Part shown: positions 41,795-52,702 of the stretch, one piece after another
How positions within the stretch are numbered: position 1 is the stretch's first letter
Layout of the letters: every line of letters starts with the position of its first letter
Assembly: GCA_963720565.1 (NCBI GenBank)
Contig: CAVRFW010000012.1
Location: forward strand, 64,001 to 128,000
DNA length: 64,000 nucleotides
Reading direction: 5' to 3'
Source of the DNA: Candidatus Bathyarchaeota archaeon
GTDB taxonomy: Archaea > Thermoproteota > Bathyarchaeia > Bathyarchaeales > Bathycorpusculaceae
Program-made: the position numbers and the translations under genes
The notes under the pieces: generated by a model
Databases searched by the model: none
What the model was told of the DNA's origin: nothing
The model's input: the letters and a program-made list of their open reading frames with translations, nothing else

Positions 41795-43361
41795 TTAGCC
41801 CTCAGCACGTTTATCGTAAGTTGTCTGCAAATTCGCTATTTCAGGGAAGGCTCTCTTCTTCTTTTTCTTACAAGGAAGATACGCTGCTGTCCCCACCAGT
41901 AGTGCTGAAGATGCTGCAACGATTGCAGTTATGACGAGCCAATTGGACGTTAGGAAGTCAGGTGTTGTTTGCACGGACCATATCCTTAGATCTGGGTCGC
42001 AGAGTTGCGAGATGTACATGCAGCCTACGGTTACTATCTCTACCGTACCGTCATTATCAATGTCGCCGGTGGCTACGTTCCATGCGAATACGCCTTCTCC
42101 GGTGGTCCAGTCTTCTTGGTATTTCAGCTTGAGGGTTTCTCCGTTCCATGACCAGATTCTAAGCCACGAAGCCTCAGGAGTAGTGCCTGCATTGAATCCG
42201 CCGTAAACGGCCGTTCCCCCGCTGGCTACGATGTTCGATTCGCTCGTCACCATCAACATCATTCAGAGTGATTGCTTTGACTTCGGTGATGTCGTTGATG
42301 AACCACTCACTGCTTTTCTCGAGAGCGAAAACGTTTCCGTTCCAGTTCCAGATTCTAATTTGCGCATTCATTTTTTGGCCATCATACGTGAATCCGCCGG
42401 TTACTATTTCTGCAGTTCCGTCGCCGTCAACATCGCCCACCTTCACGTTCTCCACTAGCGTATTGCCCATCGGGTCCCCGGTGACGGTTACTCCATATAC
42501 GCCTTCTACCATTCGCCATTCCTCATTGGTTCCCAATTGAAGTTCTTGCCCGTTCCAGTGCCAAATGCGTAGTTGTCCGCTGCTGTTGGTTAAGCCATGA
42601 TCGGAGCCGCCGGTTATGATTTCCACAGCTCCGCTTTTGTCCAAGTCATAAGCGTAAACCGAGTTGGCGCTTGCGTTACCATCAGTATACCATTCATGAC
42701 TCTTTTCCATGTAGAGCTGATTTTCCTCCCAGCCCAATATGCATAGCCGAGCTACAGTAGTCTGGTTTCTGACGATTGTTCCTACCGTTAGTATTTCTTG
42801 AACCCCGTCATTATCTACGTCGCCTGAAAATATTGAACGGGCGCTTATCCCCTCATAGTTTGCTTTCAAAACCAAGTCTTCATTGTTCCAGCTCCAAACC
42901 CGTATTGAACTACTACCGCCAGTGCTGTTTATGACAAGCCCTCCGGTGACTATTTCTGTTTTCCCATCGCCGTCCAAGTCAGCAGCGTAAATTGACTGCA
43001 GAACTCCTGCCCAGTTGAAGTTGACCTCAAGCGTGAAGTTTTCACCATTCCAATTCCAGATCCGAAGCGGAGCTTCCAAATCAACCCCTGTATAGTCAGG
43101 TTTGCTATACGTCAGTCCGCCAGTAATCATCTCCAATACTCCGTCGTCGTCCACGTCTCCGACAAAAAAGTTGTGAGTGCCAAAATTGCATGTGCCCCCT
43201 ACCCCATATGTTGGCCAATGCTGTTCCCACTCCAAAACTAGCACGTCGCCTTGCGCTTTGACTGTTAGACCGATTGAAAATAACAAAGTTACGAGCAACA
43301 AAACTGATAGAGGCTTGCTTAGACGCTTCAACCCGTACACATCCACAAAGGCATTCTTCAA
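41795..43361 (-). CDS. FG-GAP/VCBS-repeat surface protein with a C-terminal TM anchor, frameshifts
   Basis: About seven repeats of GD-x-D-x-DG..EI-x-TGG...LRIW.W; signal peptide; TM segment followed by KKKK. Confidence 0.85.
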
Positions 43362-43797
43362 ACTAGATAAAATATGATTATGAGAGTAATGAGTCTTTAG
43401 GGTTTGCTGCGGCTCCAGAGCGAAACTGAAGGAAAAAAGGAGAATTCAAATGCTAAGCTCTAAGGCTGCTGCAAAGCAATCGTGACTTTAATCCGGAGCT
43501 GTGCCCTAGTATACCCTGGGTTTGCTATTCAAAATTGGTTTGCTAAGGGTTGGGTGAAAGTACTTGCCCTTTTCCTAATAGAAACGAGTGAATATCCAGG
43601 AAAACCATTCTTGCATCAAATTATTTTCCCGAAAGCATAGTTGAAACGTTCACAACCGCAGACGTCCAAATAAGTCCCTAGTTTGCGAAAGTAGAAGCAC
43701 GCCCTTGGAATAAAACCTTCAAACACTCTTGAGCCTGTGACGTTCCAAAAATCTTTATTGTTAGACAGCGGAGTTAATAATTTGGAGGATTGAAATT

Positions 43798-44548
43798 ATG
43801 AAGTTGTTAGGAAAGGTAGCCTTGATCACTGGCGCAAGTTCGGGTATTGGCAGGGCTATAGCGCTCTACATGGCTGAAGAAGGAGCAGATGTGGCAATAA
43901 ATTATCACTCAAATCTTGCTGAAGCAGAAGAAGCTGTAATAGAAGCAAAAACGTTCGGCAGAAAAGCAATGGCGGTGAAAGCTGACGTTTCAAGTCACGA
44001 AGAAGTTAAGGAAATGTTTGCTCAAGTAATAAAACGAATTTTCTACTCTGGACATTTTGGTAAACAATGCCGGCATTGGCAATCTTATGCCTGCAGTAAG
44101 CATGAAAGATAACGTTTGGAATACCATGTTGGGGATACACTTGTATGGCACAATGAACTGCACTCGGGAGGCTTTAAAAATTATGATACCTAAGAAATCT
44201 GGCAAAATCATAAACATTGCATCTATATGCGGAACAACAGGTTGTCTTGGAGCTGCTCACTACTCCGCCGCAAAGGGAGGGATAATTGGATACACACACG
44301 CGGTTGCAAGAGAAGTCATATCTCAAGGCATCAACGTCAACGCAGTTGCCCCAGGATACACGGATACACCCTTGCTATCTAAGGGCGGCTTAACTGACGA
44401 AATGCTAAAACTGTTGCTTGCTGAAATCCCAATCGGTAGACTAGGCAAACCACGAGAGATTGCGTCTTTGGTGGCTTACTTAGCAACTGAAGATGCTAAC
44501 TTCATAGTTGGACAAGTCATAAGCCCAAATGGTGGTCAGGTAATATAG
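43798..44548 (+). CDS. SDR-family oxidoreductase (FabG-like), frameshift near 44040
   Basis: TGASSGIG, NNAG, YSAAK, VAPG. Confidence 0.9.
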
Positions 44549-44860
44549 CCCTGCAAAATTCCTTATCGACAAAGCCATGAACATCACCTCGCAGGACCCC
44601 CTCAAATTTCTTTGTAAAGATGCAGGGAGAGATTTGAATCCCAGTTAAGCGGATGCACTGGTCTCCTATGAAAAACAGAAGTAAACTATGCGGGTTTCTT
44701 TCTGATCGTTGGTTCTGTCCTTATGGTTCATGCTGGCGCATTGAATAAATTGTATCCGTGCTAGCGTGTTAAGTTCCAAAAACCAGTTTGAGGATTCATA
44801 AATCATTTAAATCTACAATAGAAATTGAAATCGCGCGCTACATTGCGTGGTGTTGGATTG

Positions 44861-45109
44861 ATGAGAAAGCCCAAGTTTTGGTTTATGGCTGGTGAAGTGC
44901 TAACGATTGTGGGAATTGGTGTCTTCCGAAGCGCTGTTGTGACTCTGGCGGGCTTTATTGGAGCTTTGTTGGGCGCTATTGGCGCTTTGGTGACTTTGAC
45001 AGGAGTCATCCTGTGTAGTGAAGCGGAGACACTGCCAAAGACGACAACATTGGAACTAACAGTGAAAGTTCTAGAGGATCCCTTAGAGAACCCAGTAGAG
45101 AATCAGTAG
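44861..45109 (+). CDS. Small two-TM membrane protein
   Basis: MRKPKFWF... followed by two hydrophobic segments. Confidence 0.5.
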   Translation: MRKPKFWFMAGEVLTIVGIGVFRSAVVTLAGFIGALLGAIGALVTLTGVILCSEAETLPKTTTLELTVKVLEDPLENPVENQ

Positions 45110-45184
45110 GATAACGCGCTTTTCATGACCTAAATCACTGACTAAGGGTTTCGTTCCAAATCGGATACATACCCGGAAAACCGT

Positions 45185-45334
45185 TTATTTCTTCACTGAA
45201 GGGAGCATGTGCCCCTTATGCTCTACCATACTGTGCATTCTCAACTCATAGGGATTTGAAAAATAGACATTGCACATTCTGCACTTAAACGACCCATGTT
45301 TTGTTCCGCTATGCCAATTTCTATAGGTCGCCAT
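45185..45334 (-). CDS. 49-aa C2H2 zinc-finger protein
   Basis: MATYRNWHSGTKHGSFKCRMCNVYFSNPYELRMHSMVEHKGHMLPSVKK*, with a GGTGA RBS. It is shorter than any ORF in the supplied track. Confidence 0.7.
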   Translation of the reverse strand: MATYRNWHSGTKHGSFKCRMCNVYFSNPYELRMHSMVEHKGHMLPSVKK

Positions 45335-45535
45335 TCCTTTTTCTCACCAAAACCGTTTTCTAAATCCTCAACTACATAGCATCCCCGACACTAATAAACC
45401 CAGAAACCCAAAGTATTCGACGCTGGTTAGTGCTGAGAAGCACACCCTAAATCAGGTTTGGATCCAAAAAAAATAGTGCAGCAAAAACATGACCCACACA
45501 AAAAGTGAAGTGCTTCTCAATAGTATAGTACACAA

Positions 45536-46003
45536 TTACCTTCTTGGCTCTTCCACCTGTTGCCCATCCATCTCGTAGAAAGTTGGGATTTTCGCAAGCT
45601 CCTTGATTATGGATGCAGGTCTTGACCACTTATAAGACGTGTCAGGCAGGTACCTTCTCATGTAACGACATTCTGGATTGACACATCTAGCGAAGACTTC
45701 CCAGTAATGCTCCATTTCATTCTCCACCTTATTGTAAGTGTAGCTATAGACCCTGTGCCCGCATATGCACCGGGGAGGGGTCGGGATAACCTGCTTGGTC
45801 AAGCCTATAATCTTGTCTACTTTTGACAGGAGGTCTTTTCTTTCATTTTGTTCGAGTTGTTTCTTAAGCATACTTTCGATTTGGTGCCAATGTGCCTGTG
45901 GGTTCTCTATTTTTAGCTGAGTCGCTAGTTTATGAATTTCAATGATTTCTTCGTTCAAAACCCATTCTCGCGGTCGACCAGGTTTTCTAGCTTGCGTCAT
46001 CAA
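45536..46003 (-). CDS. Hypothetical protein with a Zn ribbon
   Basis: KPGRP N-terminus; CICG...CVNPEC. Confidence 0.6.
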   Translation of the reverse strand: MMTQARKPGRPREWVLNEEIIEIHKLATQLKIENPQAHWHQIESMLKKQLEQNERKDLLSKVDKIIGLTKQVIPTPPRCICGHRVYSYTYNKVENEMEHYWEVFARCVNPECRYMRRYLPDTSYKWSRPASIIKELAKIPTFYEMDGQQVEEPRR

Positions 46004-46167
46004 GTCAAGATTACGCGAACTAAAATTTAAACAATTGTTGTACTGTACAAAAATGGAATCGTCATCTTCGAGTGCGCTGCAAAAAATGGTTTCTCTTGAA
46101 AATTTGCAGTGTGTTTACCCAAAAGATGAAGAAATATCCTCGTTGTCCGGAAAAGAAAGTTGGGTGT

Positions 46168-47426
46168 TTATCCAAAAAAAGTGGTGTGAAGCACCGCAAA
46201 AGACAAAACGCCTGCCACATATGACAGGACCCATGAAACTGTCGTTATTTGTGCTATCCTCTTGCTCTTAGCTGCAAATGATATTGATCCAGGACGCCAA
46301 AGTGCAACAAGCCATACCCCGAAGAATAATGCGGGAATCGAAAAAATTGCATGCGCTCCGACTGCAACCAAACGCAAAGGTGAACTGGAATAAACCTGCA
46401 AAGAACCACTGCTCATGGGAGACATAAGCAGTACCAAAGAAAAACTAACTAACGATGCGAAGACTACCACTATCATAATAATCTCATGCACAAAATAATT
46501 GCCTTTTGTTCTGAACCACATGCTCACTAAGACCAAAGCTGTCCACAAAGTCTGCATAACAAGATTAATCTCATGAACACTCAAACCAATTTCAATCTCA
46601 AAATATGGGGCTACGACTATAGCTCCAACCGTCACTAAAAGAACGATGAGGATGACAAGGACTGCGATCTTTCCCTGCGAAGGGCCACTAGACGCTGGTC
46701 TTTTATTCCTCTTTCTTCGGGCAGCAACTATTACTAAAGACAACATTAATGCCGCCAGCACTATACTCACTCCAACCAAGGTGTAGAACATCGTCTGATT
46801 TAGGCCCAGGATCTGAGGACTCCACATGTTTGTAGCGATTGCCTGTACAGTGACAGTCAAGTCCTCAATGTACCAGCCATACCTATTTGTCACGTTTTTG
46901 TAGACTTCTGAAGATCCAACGAACGCACCGGTGGCTTTGTCCCATTCTTTGTGCCTAAGCGAGTCGTTTCCATATGTTACAATTCGGGTTGCGCCTAACA
47001 CTGTTTTTTGCTCTTGACTTTGAATAGTTACGTTAACGGGTTTTCCAGTGTGTGGTGAGTAGTCATAGAATTTGTTTCCTGGATCAAGATTCGAAGGAAT
47101 GATTATCCACCCTTCAACATTTCCTTCAGTAAAGTTAAACTTCCAAACGGCACTTCCTATTGTCCCATTAGCATACCTAGCAGTTAGATTTATGGAGAAT
47201 GCTGCACCCTGAACGGGCAAAACCTCTATTCTAAACCATCTAACGTCGTGTGTTGGAGGCGGAGTTACCAGTACCGGTTACGCCGACGTTGTATTCGATC
47301 CAATCTCCTTCTTTGACACCTACCGAAGGCTCGCCATAAGCAGCGTGGGGCTTGCCAAGTGCACTATTCCAACTATTAATGATAGTACCAAAACGAGTGT
47401 CTAGGGTCAAACGGTGTTTTCCTCAT
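46168..47426 (-). CDS. Membrane protein with an extracellular N-terminal domain and a multi-TM C-terminus, frameshifts at the 5' end
   Basis: ORF 46168-47220 plus an upstream segment (SVGVKEGDWIEY) traced back to ATG 47426. Confidence 0.65.
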
Positions 47427-47472
47427 AACAGCACCATAATAACTGGGTTATTTCATGTTAAAAGGAGTTTTT

Positions 47473-47513
47473 GTTAAACTTATTTGACTAAACAAGAGTC
47501 AAAGTTTCTTGAC
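47473..47513. promoter_or_regulatory. Tandem palindromic operator, GTCAA-N6-TTGAC type
   Basis: GTTAAACTTATTTGAC (47473-88) and GTCAAAGTTTCTTGAC (47498-513). Confidence 0.55.
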
Positions 47514-47852
47514 CAACGCTTACCGCATGCCGTCCAGGAGTTCGTTTTGTATGGGGAGTGGCAGCTCACGGAAAATAATTAGCTCATTTTAAAATCGTCA
47601 GATAAAATCGTTAATTGTTCTTTCTTTTCCAGACTTGAAACGAGCGCTGTCGTTCTTCACATTGTGTTAGCGGAGGATTCTTTGTTGCTCACGCGTGTCC
47701 TGCGACCGTCTGCTTCACTTCATAGTTGGCTGTGTAGACGAAATTAGCAATCATTCAGGCCAGTAGTACAGACTTGGATTCATGCACCGTTAGGCAATAA
47801 GGAACTTCTTGCGACGAGTATACCTATTCCTTCTGAAAGCGCTCGGCCCCTC

Positions 47853-48053
47853 TTATTTCTTCTCCGGAGCTGAGCTGGAAACGGCGAATGTCACGATGAG
47901 CGCGACTAAAACGAGCAGCCCGACCGGGAGAAACACTCCGAACAAGATGTCTCCAATCTGGTCTTTAAACAGATACATGTAAACCGAGGAAATTATGGCA
48001 ACTGCCAGCCAGCAACTCGATATGATTGCAGCTCTATAGTCCATGTTTCGCAA
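47853..48053 (-). CDS. Small two-TM membrane protein
   Basis: 66 aa with two hydrophobic helices; AGGA RBS. Confidence 0.65.
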   Translation of the reverse strand: MRNMDYRAAIISSCWLAVAIISSVYMYLFKDQIGDILFGVFLPVGLLVLVALIVTFAVSSSAPEKK

Positions 48054-48209
48054 CTCATCCTTCAGTCAATAGGTTGTCGTAGCTCACTTAAGGTTTTGTG
48101 GTTGTCAAGGCACAGCAACTATTACGTCTACAAGCTCAGGATTAGTGTCTTACAAACTGTTTTCGGGGTAACTATTCTCGGTTCATAAGGCTTTTTTGTC
48201 TCGGAATTC

Positions 48210-48908
48210 TTGTCTTTTACGGTGCAAAAGCTGAGCATAAAGTCCGCATTGTGCAATTCCAAGTTTAAACAGCTAGTCTTTCTAATCTGCATTGTATGTG
48301 CGGTTATTGTTTATTTCTTGTTGACCAGGATTGACCTGGTAGTTCACGAGGAACTTTATGATTTCGGCTTGATATTCAGCACCCAATGGGTTGATCCTTA
48401 CCGAGCTCTCATGTGGTCGATATACGCCTGTCTAGTCGCGTCGGTGGCTTTGAGTGGAACAGTCTTAGTATTTGATCTTCTTGCAAAGAAACAAGAGACT
48501 TCCACAGCTCCTTCTTTGCTTGAAAGAATGCGGAAGGTCGTTGCAAAACTTCTACCTTTGAAACTGCCATTTAGGGTTGAAGCTTCCAAGCATCCTCAAG
48601 GATTATCTGAAGAACACCTCCCATTAGAAGATGACCCTCAGAAAGCTTCAGAGCAACTAATCTTGCCAAAGAAAAACCAGAGTCTCCGCATCAAGAATTC
48701 AGAGGTTGCTGGACCGGAAGAGAATAGTGAAAAACGAGTTAATAACATGTTAATCTCTTGTCCTAAATGCAAAAGAGTTTTCCAAACTCCTTTGGTGATG
48801 CTTGATTTCAGCGGGACAAAACCTGGACTGATGAATGTCTGTCCCTACTGCAATCAAGTGTTGGGAAACAGTGAGGCAGAAACTGACGTTTATTGTGATT
48901 TAACATAA
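48210..48908 (+). CDS. Membrane protein with one 'VH..LY.FGL.FS..W..PY' repeat and a C-terminal Zn ribbon
   Basis: Shares its N-terminal motif with 33838 and 35615; CPKC...CPYC. Confidence 0.7.
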   Translation: MSFTVQKLSIKSALCNSKFKQLVFLICIVCAVIVYFLLTRIDLVVHEELYDFGLIFSTQWVDPYRALMWSIYACLVASVALSGTVLVFDLLAKKQETSTAPSLLERMRKVVAKLLPLKLPFRVEASKHPQGLSEEHLPLEDDPQKASEQLILPKKNQSLRIKNSEVAGPEENSEKRVNNMLISCPKCKRVFQTPLVMLDFSGTKPGLMNVCPYCNQVLGNSEAETDVYCDLT

Positions 48909-48927
48909 ATAGATGAGATGGTGAAGT

Positions 48928-49218
48928 ATGGAAACACTTGATTCAGAGAAATCGGAAAAAAGTCGAAAAAAACAAGACGAAAAAAACGCGTTGCTGGTTC
49001 TAGATGAGCTAGGCAAAGAAATAGACACTCTCTGCGAAGAAAAAACTAGTCTCTTAGACATAGAGAGAAAACTCGAAAAAGAAATAGATAAGGAAGTCAA
49101 ACGCAGAGAACAGAAAAGAAAACTCTTGAAAACTGAAGTTGAAACCCTGAAAAAGAAATGTGAAAAACTAACATTCTTCGTGAATACGTTTCGCCAAGAA
49201 GAGACTGTTGAAACCTAG
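48928..49218 (+). CDS. Coiled-coil hypothetical protein
   Basis: E/K/L heptad-rich; GGTGA RBS. Confidence 0.65.
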   Translation: METLDSEKSEKSRKKQDEKNALLVLDELGKEIDTLCEEKTSLLDIERKLEKEIDKEVKRREQKRKLLKTEVETLKKKCEKLTFFVNTFRQEETVET

Positions 49219-49309
49219 CGCGTGTTGCTGGATTTTGGCTGGTAGCTATCGACCTTGATTCTATAGGAGATTTTTATGGCGCTTGCGTAATCGGAAATAG
49301 GCAGGTAAT

Positions 49310-49823
49310 TTGGTTGACTCGCAGGTTTTCGCTTCAGCTGCTTTGCTTGCAGTAATTACGGTTTTGCTGTTGTTTCTTGCTGTTCCGCATGTGATAGATA
49401 TGCAGAGTAGAAGCCTGGATGAGTGTTATGTGGGGGTGGTTAGCGCGCGTCAGCTACCGACCCCATTTGGACAATGGTAACGAAATTTGCTCTCAAATGG
49501 GGTGTCATGCAGAACGAGCACTTTGAGGCGTTGGAGAGTTTCTGGAAAGACACCACCGAACATCGCATAGATTATGGCTCTGTAGAAGGTAAGGCGGTGC
49601 TTATTTTACCCAGCAACTACGGCTGGGGAATGAGGAAACCTGACGATCACATCTGGGGATTCTGGGGGGCAGACGAGAAATCGCCTCAAATCTGGATGGT
49701 AAGCCGCGAACTCCTGACCAAGTACGGAGCGACATTAGACATTATCTTCGACGATCCAGCATTTCCAGTTTGAATCAAATTACAGCCAAATCTACCTATG
49801 GAAACGCCACATTGCCATACTGA
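49310..49823 (+). pseudogene. Internally deleted paralog of the 8464-9720 protein
   Basis: Signal/TM segment and CYVGVV, then AGCGCGCG, then only the C-terminal part (HFEALESFW...LPSNYGWGMRKPDDHIWGFW...LDIIFDD). Confidence 0.7.
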
Positions 49824-49926
49824 ACTATCTTTGGCTTTTGTTGAGTCAGCGAGCGGCCCGGACACACGTAGGGTGCAAAATCTTATATTCCAAACGCGCT
49901 GTAAAAACATACTTTGGGTGCTAAAA

Positions 49927-51597
49927 TTGAATCTAAAAGACACAAAAGCTATTGGCAAAACGATGATTGCAGCAATTCTAATTGTAATAATAGCCATCGC
50001 TGGAGTCGCCAGCTACTATCTATATACGACTCAGGTTCCGAAAATAAAGGACACATTGATCATGGGAACAACTGACTCGGTTGAATCTTGCTTGGATCCG
50101 GCGGAAGCTTACGACTTCTTCGGTTTCGAGATCATTCAGTCTTTGGGTTCGCCACTGGTTGAATATGAAGCGGGTTCGACAGGTAGCATGGAAGACATTA
50201 TCCCCGCGTTAGCCACCTCCTGGGAACCTTCGGCAGACGGCTTGGTTTGGACGTTTAATCTAAGGCAAGGCGTAATGTTCGATTCTTCAAGAGAATTCAC
50301 GGCTGAAGACGTAAAATACACATTTGACAGAGGAATTGGCATTGCTGATGAAGACGGAGCGTTCGTGGGCGTTGGAATCGGCGACATTATCGACAGCGTT
50401 ACAGTTGTAAGCGACTATGTTGTTCGATTCAATCTGAAGATTCCTTTCGCCGCGTTCTTGTCACTAATGGCTTTCCAAGCTTGCTATATTGTTGATCCGA
50501 TGTATGCGCCAATGAGTGGATCCTCCTGGAGCATAGACGACATTGTAGGCTACGCAGATGGAGACGCGAGGGCAAGTAGCCCTATGGGTCTGGGTCCCTA
50601 CACTCTCAAGAGTTGGACACGGGTTGCAGGCAAAGACACGAAGATGGAGCTCGAAGCCAATCCTCTATACTGGAACGCTGCGGCAGGATATCCGAAGTCT
50701 AAGAATATTGTGATACAGTTCTATGCAGATTCTCCCGGATTAGCCTTAGCAATGACAGCTGGAGACGTTGATGTGGCGTTTAGACAGCTTGCAACGAACG
50801 ATATCGCTACGATGAAGACAAATTCAAACCTTAAAGTTTGGGAGGGCACTGGCGCGTTTATACAATACTTATGTTTGCAGCAGGATTACGCGCCATTCAA
50901 CGACCCGACGGTAAGGGGGGCTGTGGCCGCTGCGATCGATAGATCCGCTTTGGTGGAAACTGTGTTCCAAGGGCAGGCTCAGGAGCTCTATAGCATGATT
51001 CCCGCTGGCATGTTCGGACACACTGACGCGTTTGAATCTTATGAAAGCCCAAACTACAATCTAACTAGGGAACTTCTGTCTTATGTTGGATACAACGCAA
51101 ATAACAAGCTGGAGTTTACGTTGTGGTATGAAACTTCAGGGCACTATCCGCAGAGCGCACAACAAGCTTTGATGCTCAAGGAAGCTCTGGAGGAAAGCGG
51201 TGTCATCAGCGTCACTTTGGAAGGCCGGGACTGGGCAGCATACAGAACCGCGAGGCAACAAGAAATAATGCAGGCTTACATTATGGGCTGGTATCCGGAC
51301 TATATCGACCCAGACGACTACATTTTCCCATTCGTACATTCGGTAGGCGGATCATGGATACACCACAATTACGCTAGCGCGCAAATGGATCAGCTAGTCG
51401 AGTCAGCAAGAGGAACTACAAATACAGCTGAACGACAAAGCTTGTATGAGGATATTCAAGACTTGATGGTTGATGAAGTTCCGATAATTCCGCTTTATCA
51501 GGGCGGTGCCTACGCTGTTTCAAAGCCAAACGTGAAAGGAATCTACTTAGACATCACTCAAAACTGGCGCCACTGGCTGGTCTACATCGAAGAATGA
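49927..51597 (+). CDS. dppA: Peptide/nickel ABC transporter substrate-binding protein (family 5)
   Basis: LDPA, PALATSW..S.DG..WTFNLR.GV.F, FTAEDVKYTF, GLGPY, GWYPDY.DP. Confidence 0.92.
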   Translation: MNLKDTKAIGKTMIAAILIVIIAIAGVASYYLYTTQVPKIKDTLIMGTTDSVESCLDPAEAYDFFGFEIIQSLGSPLVEYEAGSTGSMEDIIPALATSWEPSADGLVWTFNLRQGVMFDSSREFTAEDVKYTFDRGIGIADEDGAFVGVGIGDIIDSVTVVSDYVVRFNLKIPFAAFLSLMAFQACYIVDPMYAPMSGSSWSIDDIVGYADGDARASSPMGLGPYTLKSWTRVAGKDTKMELEANPLYWNAAAGYPKSKNIVIQFYADSPGLALAMTAGDVDVAFRQLATNDIATMKTNSNLKVWEGTGAFIQYLCLQQDYAPFNDPTVRGAVAAAIDRSALVETVFQGQAQELYSMIPAGMFGHTDAFESYESPNYNLTRELLSYVGYNANNKLEFTLWYETSGHYPQSAQQALMLKEALEESGVISVTLEGRDWAAYRTARQQEIMQAYIMGWYPDYIDPDDYIFPFVHSVGGSWIHHNYASAQMDQLVESARGTTNTAERQSLYEDIQDLMVDEVPIIPLYQGGAYAVSKPNVKGIYLDITQNWRHWLVYIEE

Positions 51598-51662
51598 CCT
51601 CTAAAATCTCAATATCTCTCTTTTTTTTCTATTTTTTTCTGTTTGGTGAAAGGGCGATGTAG

Positions 51663-52694
51663 ATGACCCTGCGAACTTACATCATTTCCAGGATTTTGCT
51701 GACGATACCAATGATATTCATCCTTCTAACAACAGTTTTCGTGATTATGCGTGTCCTCCCTGGAGATCCAGTATTGCTTCATTTTGAGAAAATCGAGAAC
51801 CCCGAGGCAATGGAGGCCATGCGGATTCGATTGGGACTTGACAAGCCTTTGCTTTTTCAATATTTTGATTATATTATTGGCCTTTTCAGGGGAGACCTAG
51901 GCAAGTCTATGCAAGATTATTCATCCGTGGGTCAACAAATTTTCTCCGCTTTTCCGGCGACCCTCGAGCTTGCGATCTGTTCAATGCTAATCGCTATCTT
52001 AATTGGATTGTTTTTAGGAGTTGAGTCCTCAAAAGCGTATAACACGCCAAAAGATCATGTAATAAGAGTATTTGGAATAGTCACTTACGCAATCCCGGTT
52101 TTCTTCTTGGGAATGGTTTTTCAGATGATTTTCGGCGTCGGATTGCACTGGCTTCCGGTGGGGGGGAGAATCTATCAGGGTTTGGAGCCGGTCGGACTTG
52201 TAGTCGGAGATTTCCAGTTTTCAACTGGCTTGTACGCCATCGACAGCATTCTTGAAGGCAATGTCGTGAAGTTTGTGACGTCTCTGAAATACCTATTATT
52301 GCCTTCGCTGACGTTAGGTTTAGTTCTCTGCGGAATTTTCATCAGGCTCACGCGAAGCAACATGTTCGAAACCTTAAGGTTAGACTTTGTGACCGCGGCT
52401 AAAGCCAGAGGGTTAAATGAAAGCACGGTGACCTACGGATATGCTCTTAGAAACGCGTTTCTTCCGGTGATTACGATGATGGGGCTTCAGTTTGCTCTGC
52501 TTTTGGGCGGGGCGGTGTTAACCGAAACTACTTTTTCGTGGCCTGGATTGGGAAGGTACCTCGTCGATCGAATAAACTTTAGAGACTACACGGCTATACA
52601 GGGAGTAGTTGTGGTTTTCGGCATTTTCGTTGCTATAGTGAGCTTGGCTGTCGACTTGCTATACGCGTATCTTGATCCGAGGATCAGGTTGTAG
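51663..52694 (+). CDS. dppB: Peptide ABC transporter permease
   Basis: PGDP, GLDKP, GDLGKS, AKARGL, ETTFSWPGLG. Confidence 0.93.
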   Translation: MTLRTYIISRILLTIPMIFILLTTVFVIMRVLPGDPVLLHFEKIENPEAMEAMRIRLGLDKPLLFQYFDYIIGLFRGDLGKSMQDYSSVGQQIFSAFPATLELAICSMLIAILIGLFLGVESSKAYNTPKDHVIRVFGIVTYAIPVFFLGMVFQMIFGVGLHWLPVGGRIYQGLEPVGLVVGDFQFSTGLYAIDSILEGNVVKFVTSLKYLLLPSLTLGLVLCGIFIRLTRSNMFETLRLDFVTAAKARGLNESTVTYGYALRNAFLPVITMMGLQFALLLGGAVLTETTFSWPGLGRYLVDRINFRDYTAIQGVVVVFGIFVAIVSLAVDLLYAYLDPRIRL

Positions 52695-52702
52695 AAATAG
52701 GT

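Noticed and set aside
41900..43170. Periodic repeats
   Set aside because: These are protein-level FG-GAP repeats with no identical DNA repeat-spacer structure. No CRISPR array was seen anywhere in the window.
44620..44645. tRNA-3'-like fragment on the minus strand (GGGATTCAAATCTCTCCCTGCA) as a possible att site
   Set aside because: It is too short and degenerate, and there is no matching tRNA or integrase in the window.
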